A stretch of DNA of 64,000 nt. Source: Patescibacteria group bacterium (GTDB lineage: Bacteria > Patescibacteriota > Minisyncoccia > Phycocordibacterales > Phycocordibacteraceae). This document shows, in pieces, positions 58,089-64,000 of this stretch; position 1 is the stretch's first letter, and every line of letters begins with the position of its first letter. Position numbers and translations under genes: made by a program. Below the pieces are notes generated by a model. The model searched no databases and was not told the origin of the DNA. It saw only the letters and a program-made list of their open reading frames with translations. Location of the stretch: positions 163,698-227,697 of the forward strand of contig JAZJYZ010000001.1 in the NCBI GenBank assembly GCA_040390125.1, in the 5' to 3' direction.

Positions 58089-58268
58089 ATGGCGAGGGAT
58101 GGTGCAGAAAGTGTTCATAAAAAAGATCCAGTCGATGCCATTTTAGCTGGTGCCGCTCGTGTGAGGGCCAGCAGAGCAAAACTTCACAGAGACATAAGTA
58201 GATTGACCCCAGCACAGCGTGAAGAATATAAACGAAGAGCCGAAGCGCTACCTAATAGCTATTTCTGA
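58089..58268 (+). CDS. Unlisted 59-aa hypothetical ORF (MARDGAESVHKKDPVDAILAGAARV...)
   Basis: Manual translation; followed by a bidirectional terminator. Confidence 0.25.
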   Translation: MARDGAESVHKKDPVDAILAGAARVRASRAKLHRDISRLTPAQREEYKRRAEALPNSYF

Positions 58269-58270
58269 AT

Positions 58271-58300
58271 AAAAAATCCCCGCATAAGCGGGGATTTTTG
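58271..58300. terminator. Bidirectional terminator aaaaaatccccgc ataa gcggggattttt (also terminates rplT on the minus strand)
   Basis: Palindromic GC stem flanked by A and T runs. Confidence 0.75.
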
Positions 58301-58312
58301 TTAGACAGGTTC

Positions 58313-58660
58313 TTAGGCGATTTTCTTCACTACACGGTCGAATGCTTCTGGGTAGGCGACAGCAATTTCTGAAAGTACTTTGCGGTCGAGCTCGATGTTT
58401 GCTTTTTTGAGTGCACCCATGAAGGTGCTGTAGTTTTTGAAACCACGCTCACGGAGTGCCGCATTGATGCGGACAATTGCGAGTCCTCGCATCGTTCTTT
58501 TCTTAGCTCTACGGTCACGGAATGCGTACTTACCAGCGTGCTTCAAAGCTTCAAGCGCTTGTTTTGTTTTTGTTGAACGTCCAAAACGATAACCTTTTGC
58601 GGCTTTCAATATATTGCGACGGCGCTTCATTGCTTTCGGTCCTCCTTTTACTCGTGACAT
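58313..58660 (-). CDS. rplT: 50S ribosomal protein L20
   Basis: 115-aa basic ORF reading as L20; infC-rpmI-rplT gene order. Confidence 0.95.
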   Translation of the reverse strand: MSRVKGGPKAMKRRRNILKAAKGYRFGRSTKTKQALEALKHAGKYAFRDRRAKKRTMRGLAIVRINAALRERGFKNYSTFMGALKKANIELDRKVLSEIAVAYPEAFDRVVKKIA

Positions 58661-58709
58661 ATGAAATTAGGGATTAGTGTTTAGTGGATAGTGTTTAGGG
58701 AAAGAAAAT

Positions 58710-58901
58710 CTAGGCGCCGTTTCCAGGAAGGAAGCGGGCACGCACCCCCGGACTCATTGTTACCAATTTGGCCCGTGCTTTGACGGTGCGAGTCTTTCGG
58801 CTGTCACGAGCATTGAAATGGTCTTGCCCACCCTTGCGAGCAACAATCTTGCCGGTTCGAGTAACCCTGAGTCGCTTTGTATAAGATTTGTTAGTTTTCA
58901 T
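58710..58901 (-). CDS. rpmI: 50S ribosomal protein L35
   Basis: Small basic protein between infC and rplT. Confidence 0.9.
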   Translation of the reverse strand: MKTNKSYTKRLRVTRTGKIVARKGGQDHFNARDSRKTRTVKARAKLVTMSPGVRARFLPGNGA

Positions 58902-58905
58902 TTTA

Positions 58906-59439
58906 TTATTTTACTGCCTTCTGTTTGCCTGCTTTTTCGATAATCATATTAAATCCTTTCGGACCTTTCTGAATATCTTCAGCGATGCGGTAGTCCTCGG
59001 GAACCAAGAGCACGAAACGCTTCAGTCGCTCCTTAAGGAACGCTGGATCCATGTATTTGTAGCGTCCCTTGAGGAATAACTCTACACGTACCCGGTGTCC
59101 TTCTTTGAGCCAGCCAGCTGCTTGTCGAGCCTTACGGAGAAGGTCATTCTCCCCAGTGCCCACCTCTACCTGGACTGCCTTTGTCTCTGTAATGTGCGAT
59201 TTAGCCCTTATTTCCCGGTCTTTTTTCTGCTGCTCGTATTGAAATTTACCATAATCCATTATTTTCGCAACCGGCGGGGTGGCACTCGGCGAAACCTCAA
59301 TTAAATCAAGTTCAGCCTCTTTGGCTTGAGCCATTGCGTCGGCCAGTGTGATAACGCCGATATTTTCGCCGTTAGGACCTATGACCCGAAGTTCGGGTGC
59401 GCGTATCTGCGCATTGATGCGTGTTTTTAGAGTAGCCAA
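58906..59439 (-). CDS. infC: Translation initiation factor IF-3
   Basis: ...RAPELRVIGPNGENIGVI...; infC-rpmI-rplT order. Confidence 0.9.
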   Translation of the reverse strand: MATLKTRINAQIRAPELRVIGPNGENIGVITLADAMAQAKEAELDLIEVSPSATPPVAKIMDYGKFQYEQQKKDREIRAKSHITETKAVQVEVGTGENDLLRKARQAAGWLKEGHRVRVELFLKGRYKYMDPAFLKERLKRFVLLVPEDYRIAEDIQKGPKGFNMIIEKAGKQKAVK

Positions 59440-59511
59440 GGTTTTGTAGGTTGACTTATCAACGTAGAATAGCGTTTTTAGTGGGTTTGTGCAATGACCT
59501 TTCGGCTTATT

Positions 59512-61275
59512 TTACGACACATCACCTCCATACTGAAAGCGTTTCCATGACGGCATGAAGACTCGTATTGCTTCTTCAGATTTTGTAAAGACGCACTGCT
59601 CATCATAGAGGGTTTGTATGGTGGGGAATTTTTTAAGCCGTTCAAGCAGCTTAGTGTTTCCCGAAGTGAGAAATACTTTCTTACCGTGTCCTCTGAGGTT
59701 TTCTATCGCTTCGACTAGCATATTTTCACCTTCGTAGTCGATGCCGAAAAGATTTCGAAGGCGGAGCATAACGATAGGAATGCTTTTCGTTCGTGCCATG
59801 TGTCGAAGATTCGCCGCATGCTGTCCGCTGTCGATATATCCCAAGAAGCCCGCAATACTGTACGTAACAAAAGCGAATTCTTTTCCTTCTGGAATTTTCA
59901 GAATCTTTGCCCGGCGGTTTTCGTCTTTCGTGCCGTCGCAGAAATTAAAAATGACATCGAAGTATCCATGGCTCACGCGGTCGGCAAAGAAAAGGAGCGA
60001 GAGCACTGCACCGATGAGGACTGCGATTCCTGCGTCCTCAAGAATCGTAATCAGAAGCACCAGAACTGCAATGAGGAATCCCTGCTTCTCTCGTTTGAAG
60101 AATTCAATAAAAACACTCACTTCAATTAGGCCAAGTGCCGTATTGACGAGGATGGCCGCAATAACGGCCATCGGGATAAAAACGAAATAGGGGAGTGCAA
60201 TGAGTGCGATCAGTCCGGTTACGGCGGCGGCGATTATAGAGGAAGTCCGATGTGTGGCACCAGCTTTGATATTTGCACCTGCACGGATGAATACTCCAGT
60301 TGCTGGCAAGCCGCCCATAACGCCCGATCCGATATTTGCAAGGGCAAGTCCGAATAATTCACGTCTGCTTGATGACTGAGTCTTCGTAATTTTGTCTCCG
60401 ATTTTTGCCGTAATGAGGGTTTCAAGGACGGCGATGAGTGCTACGGTCCCGCCTGTTCCGAGAAGGAACATGAATGTTTCGCGCGTTGAAAATAATTGTG
60501 GAAATTTTTCCCATGGAACTTGTGCGATAAGGGATGCCGAAAAGGATCCGAATTTATCACCGAGTGTGAATATGTCAGCTGCGGGAAAGTATGTTTTGCC
60601 GATCCATCCGCTCAGGATGCCGAGTATGGCCGCAGGAATGACAGCGGGAAGTCGTGGCATCCACCGCTTCCATAAAAGGATGAATGCGAGGAATGCGAAA
60701 AAAAAGAAGGCGGCAGTGACATGCGTTTCTCCGGCGTGTTTCATGTAGAGTCCGATGTCGCCGAGGAACGACCCTGTGCGTTTCAAGGCAGACAGGCCTG
60801 TCGCATCGAAAAGCTGAGAGGCTGCAATAAGGAGTGCAACGCCTGCCGCAAATCCGTGCATGACACTTGAGGGGATGTAATAGAGAAAACGGTCAGCGCC
60901 GATTGCCCAGACGATGAATATGAGAATGCCACAGACTATCGCAATAACAGGCAGGATGAGTGCACCAAGTCCCAAAGGAGCCGCAAGTGTTGCGGCGAAC
61001 AGGACAGTGGTGAGGGCACCGGCTGCACCGACGACGTTATAATTGCTGCCACCGAAAAATCCTGCAATAAGTGTTGCCCAAATACCAGTGATGACGCCAG
61101 GAATCGGTCCTGCACCTGAAGCGACAGAGAGTGCTATTGAAAGCGGAACAGAAATCAACGCAACGGTAATGCCCGATTTCCAGTTCTTTTTTAAATGACT
61201 GAAAACATGATTCATAATCGGACAAGTATACATCCGTTCGCAGTAGGTCAAAATAATACTCTTAGAAAAATACAA
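59512..61275 (-). CDS. SulP-family anion transporter with a C-terminal STAS domain
   Basis: Polytopic; SulP signature region ...GAAGALTTVLFAAT...; STAS-like C-terminus. Confidence 0.88.
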   Translation of the reverse strand: MYFSKSIILTYCERMYTCPIMNHVFSHLKKNWKSGITVALISVPLSIALSVASGAGPIPGVITGIWATLIAGFFGGSNYNVVGAAGALTTVLFAATLAAPLGLGALILPVIAIVCGILIFIVWAIGADRFLYYIPSSVMHGFAAGVALLIAASQLFDATGLSALKRTGSFLGDIGLYMKHAGETHVTAAFFFFAFLAFILLWKRWMPRLPAVIPAAILGILSGWIGKTYFPAADIFTLGDKFGSFSASLIAQVPWEKFPQLFSTRETFMFLLGTGGTVALIAVLETLITAKIGDKITKTQSSSRRELFGLALANIGSGVMGGLPATGVFIRAGANIKAGATHRTSSIIAAAVTGLIALIALPYFVFIPMAVIAAILVNTALGLIEVSVFIEFFKREKQGFLIAVLVLLITILEDAGIAVLIGAVLSLLFFADRVSHGYFDVIFNFCDGTKDENRRAKILKIPEGKEFAFVTYSIAGFLGYIDSGQHAANLRHMARTKSIPIVMLRLRNLFGIDYEGENMLVEAIENLRGHGKKVFLTSGNTKLLERLKKFPTIQTLYDEQCVFTKSEEAIRVFMPSWKRFQYGGDVS

Positions 61276-61457
61276 AAATACCTAGCTGAAGCTAGGTATT
61301 TTTGTACTGGTGGAGATGGAGGGTAATGGTCACGAGTAGAATACTCACCTTCGTTCGCATTCTCTCTCGACCCCGTCTCGCAGTCTCGAGCGAGACGTCG
61401 AGACATAGCTCCGACTCTCATTACTCCACGTGCATACAGCAGTGTATGCACTCCACG

Positions 61458-61499
61458 CCACAAATACAAAAGCCCGCCTAAGCGGGTTTGTATTTGTGG
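61458..61499 (-). terminator. Long palindromic hairpin ccacaaatacaaa-agcccgc-ctaa-gcgggtt-tgtatttgtgg overlapping the tmRNA 3' end; presumed ssrA terminator
   Basis: About 19-bp inverted repeat seen directly. Confidence 0.55.
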
Positions 61500-61900
61500 A
61501 GGTGGGGAGAGTCGAACTCCCGTACGAAGAGGGTCTCCGAAATGTTTCTACAAGACATAGTTCGTTTCAAGATTTAAGACAGGTGGGTAGAGAACGAACA
61601 AAATGACACCTATCCGAGCTCTCCAATTTCATTCTTTTCTACGAGCAGTAGAGAAGAATATAGCCTGATGTTATGGCACTAGAAACTTCGTATCAGACGT
61701 CAGAAGTCTAGCGCCGTCCCGACCGAAGTGAGGACGGAAGAGGTAGCTTACGCTAATGCCAACGCGAAGTCAGCACGAGTGAAGTAGCCCTTTATAGTAG
61801 AAGCGTTTGCACGTTTCAGTGCTCGAGGTTTAAGGTGTTCTCCAGCATTCACCGTCTTGCGCACAACAGAGGAAATTCTCCGTCGAAACCAGTCACCCCC
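61497..61900 (-). ncRNA. ssrA: tmRNA (SsrA), about 404 nt. The 5' end is GGGGGUGACUGGUUUCGACGG; the 3' tRNA-like end is GGGAGUUCGACUCUCCCCACCUCCA with CCA not encoded. The predicted tag reading frame ends ...ADFALALA*
   Basis: The 5' end matches the conserved tmRNA start GGGGCUGAUUCUGGAUUCGACGGG; the T-arm UUCGA and acceptor pairing GGGGGUG/CACCUCC include a G3:U pair; an alanine-rich tag ORF stop lies at 61748; smpB is adjacent. Confidence 0.8.
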
Positions 61901-61941
61901 CGGGACAACAGGCATGCCTGTGATTTCGGGGACTGGCTAAT

Positions 61942-62393
61942 TTAGTATTCAGTTTTCAAAGTACGTTCAATCTCACGTTTTGCGTCACGGCCCTTGAGGG
62001 TATCACGCTTGTCGTGCTTATTCTTATGACGCACAACTGCCACTTGAACTTTCAACTTACCGCTTTTATTATATACCATAATAGGTATAATTGTCAAACC
62101 CTTCTGTCCTTCTTTCAGAGCAAGTTCTCCAATTTCCTTCTTGCTCAAGAGGAGCCTTCTCGTTCGCTCAGTATCGTAGCTCTTCGGTGTATTGCTCACC
62201 TGGTACGCCGAGATAGTGGCGCCAGAGAGAAACGCTTCTCCACCTCGGACTACCACACGTGAACCTGCAAGCGAGGCTTTGCCTGTGCGGAGTGATTTCA
62301 CCTCTAGTCCAATCAACTGAAGCCCCGCCTCGTATGAGTCGAGGATTTCATATTCAAGACGTGCTTTTTTATTTTCTACTAGGGCTTTCATAC
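61942..62393 (-). CDS. smpB: SsrA-binding protein SmpB (start at the internal Met MKALVENKKARLEYEIL...)
   Basis: SmpB pattern ...YEAGLQLIGLEVKSLRTGKASL...; about 150 aa; adjacent to ssrA. Confidence 0.88.
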
Positions 62394-62410
62394 CAGGCTT
62401 TAGCATACCG

Positions 62411-63808
62411 CTATTTTTCTTTTTCACACGCCACATACCAGAGGTCTGTCGCAATTTCTTCGACGCACAGTGGAGCTGTGCCGAGAAGGGTATCGAGGCC
62501 GTAGATGGTGCTGATATACAAGGGTTTTTGAAAATCATATAAGAAAGCGATCTTCTCTTCTGTGGATGTTCCAGCCCACAGATGTGTCCACGTTTCGAGG
62601 TTGTGAGTATCATTGAGCATTCCAGGCGCTGCGATGTGTGCCGTGGTCCATCCCTCAAACCACGGAGCTTCGTTTGAAGTGGTGAGGATGGTTGCTTCGA
62701 CGGGTACTATTTTTCCAATTTCCTCAATTCTTACAATCTGTGCATCGGGCATGAGCGGTAGAGTGGTGGTGATCTGATTCCACAGGTTCCCGAAAAAGAG
62801 GCCAACGATAAGAGAGAGTCCCATGAGCGGTAGAAGAACATTGCGTGTGCCCCACGATGAACGCAGGGAGGAGCATAGGTGTCGTATCCCGTATGCTGAA
62901 AGTGCCACGAGTGCAATATCTGAAAAGAGGAATATTCTTTCATAAAAGGGAAGTCGCAAGAGCACGAATAAAAAACTTACAGACGCAAAGGCAATAAGAG
63001 TTTTTGGAACTATAGAGTGGCGAAATGCTCCTCGCCCTAAAAGAATGGCAAGAATGAGTGGAAAAGAAAAAATAGTATACGTTCTCCAATCGAGAAATAC
63101 TGCCGATGGAACTATGACAGTGAGCTCATGTACGGTGGGTGCATTCACGAGTGCAAAGAGCAGGCCTGCAAGTGCGATATGTATGCCGTACTCTTTTCTA
63201 CGACCATGCGAGAACACAAAAAGTACGATAAGTGTGAGGATATAGATAATGGCCGTAGTTTTATGAGTGAGCACTAATGCGATGTCGAGTGCGAGCCATG
63301 CGAGTAGCCACTTCCGCTCAATTGCAATAAATGCGAGCAACATGAAATCAAGAGCCAGTGCATTTTTGAGAAGGAAATACCAGTATCCGCTGTAGGCTAT
63401 CGATGAGCCGATTAAGAGCATTCCCGCAACAAATGCACCCCACGTGTGTAGATAGGGTTTGAGAAAGAGAAAGAGTAGTGCTGGCAGTATTGCCCAAAAG
63501 GCGAAATAGGTACCGTAGAGGATGAAGTCGGTTGGAAGATGAAGAAAGCGAAGTAGGTCGAGCAGTATTCTCACGATAAGTGCGTCATCGCCAAGACCGG
63601 GCACTGGGGTGTTGGGGAATGACGTAAACGGTTCAATCAAATAACGTCTATAAAAGCCGGTGTCGTAGCCAAGGGGGTGCCGGCCGAATAGAAGGAAGGG
63701 GAGGGCGTGCAGTAGTAGTGAAGAAAGTCCCAGGAGGAAACTCCAGAAGATAGTCTGCTTATTTTCGGAAAGGGCAGATATCTGCATCTTCGTCGTAGTG
63801 TATCTCAT
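62411..63808 (-). CDS. Polytopic membrane protein, GT-C-fold glycosyltransferase-like (ArnT/PMT-family-like)
   Basis: More than 10 predicted TM helices; overall resemblance to GT39/ArnT-type proteins; weak. Confidence 0.5.
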   Translation of the reverse strand: MRYTTTKMQISALSENKQTIFWSFLLGLSSLLLHALPFLLFGRHPLGYDTGFYRRYLIEPFTSFPNTPVPGLGDDALIVRILLDLLRFLHLPTDFILYGTYFAFWAILPALLFLFLKPYLHTWGAFVAGMLLIGSSIAYSGYWYFLLKNALALDFMLLAFIAIERKWLLAWLALDIALVLTHKTTAIIYILTLIVLFVFSHGRRKEYGIHIALAGLLFALVNAPTVHELTVIVPSAVFLDWRTYTIFSFPLILAILLGRGAFRHSIVPKTLIAFASVSFLFVLLRLPFYERIFLFSDIALVALSAYGIRHLCSSLRSSWGTRNVLLPLMGLSLIVGLFFGNLWNQITTTLPLMPDAQIVRIEEIGKIVPVEATILTTSNEAPWFEGWTTAHIAAPGMLNDTHNLETWTHLWAGTSTEEKIAFLYDFQKPLYISTIYGLDTLLGTAPLCVEEIATDLWYVACEKEK

Positions 63809-63895
63809 CCCCAGCGTGCGAAGGGCGTCTATGGTCTTGTGCTACGCTTTCTTCTATTAGGCGACTTTTATATAATTTATAGGTATTTTTTTATA

Positions 63896-64000
63896 TGGCG
63901 TCAAAAAATAAAAATGGTCAGACCGCAAAGATGGTGTTTTCTCTCCTCGCTGCCGTAGTAATTACTGGCGGTGCTTTTTTTGTGGCGTCTGGCACGGTAC
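63896..64000 (+). CDS. Partial 5' end of a hypothetical membrane protein (MASKNKNGQTAKMVFSLLAAVVITGGAFFVASGTV...)
   Basis: ORF runs off the window end. Confidence 0.3.

Noticed and set aside
61306-61457. Hairpin-rich ~150-nt stretch between the ssrA terminator and the sulP upstream hairpin (cgtctcgc...gcgagacg; gtgcataca gcag tgtatgcac), considered as a tRNA or sRNA
   Set aside because: No T-loop or cloverleaf; it could be an sRNA or 5' leader, but nothing identifiable from sequence alone.

Overview
The window looks like a small-genome, CPR/Patescibacteria-type bacterium, about 45-50% GC, dominated by a long ribosomal-protein superoperon. The operon runs rpsL-rpsG-fusA-tuf-rpsJ-rplC-rplD-rplW-rplB ... 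rpsS-rplV-rpsC-rplP-rpmC-rpsQ-rplN-rplX-rplE ... rpsN-rpsH-rplF-rplR-rpsE-rplO-secY-gmk-adk-map, and it is broken by several insertions. The largest is a 1047-aa secreted tandem-repeat protein followed by a REP-flanked IS200/RAYT-like transposase between rplB and rpsS. An aroK-thrC block sits between rplE and rpsN. Small ORFs sit between rpsG and fusA. An antisense promoter/mini-ORF/terminator unit sits between rpsJ and rplC. L30 is absent between rpsE and rplO. Upstream are ppa, nusA, a type IV pilus block (pilB-pilC, two pilins, a PilX-like gene), glycolytic tpiA-pgk, and a DNA-uptake/processing neighbourhood (HIT, recJ, pirin, RNase HI, a ComEC channel gene lacking its nuclease domain, and a separate ComEC-type MBL gene). 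Downstream are a VirD4/TraD-like coupling ATPase with a large novel N-terminal domain, ndk, a candidate structured ncRNA, an RNase-J-like MBL gene, rplT-rpmI-infC, a SulP transporter, and tmRNA with smpB. Intergenic spacers and 5' leaders are built almost entirely from short tandem or inverted oligomer repeats (AGCTTTCAG, CACTAAAC, CTTTCTACC, GTGAACAGTG) plus a recurring double-hairpin element. Gene starts are approximate because the ORF track uses ATG/GTG/TTG starts. No rRNA, tRNA or CRISPR array was found.
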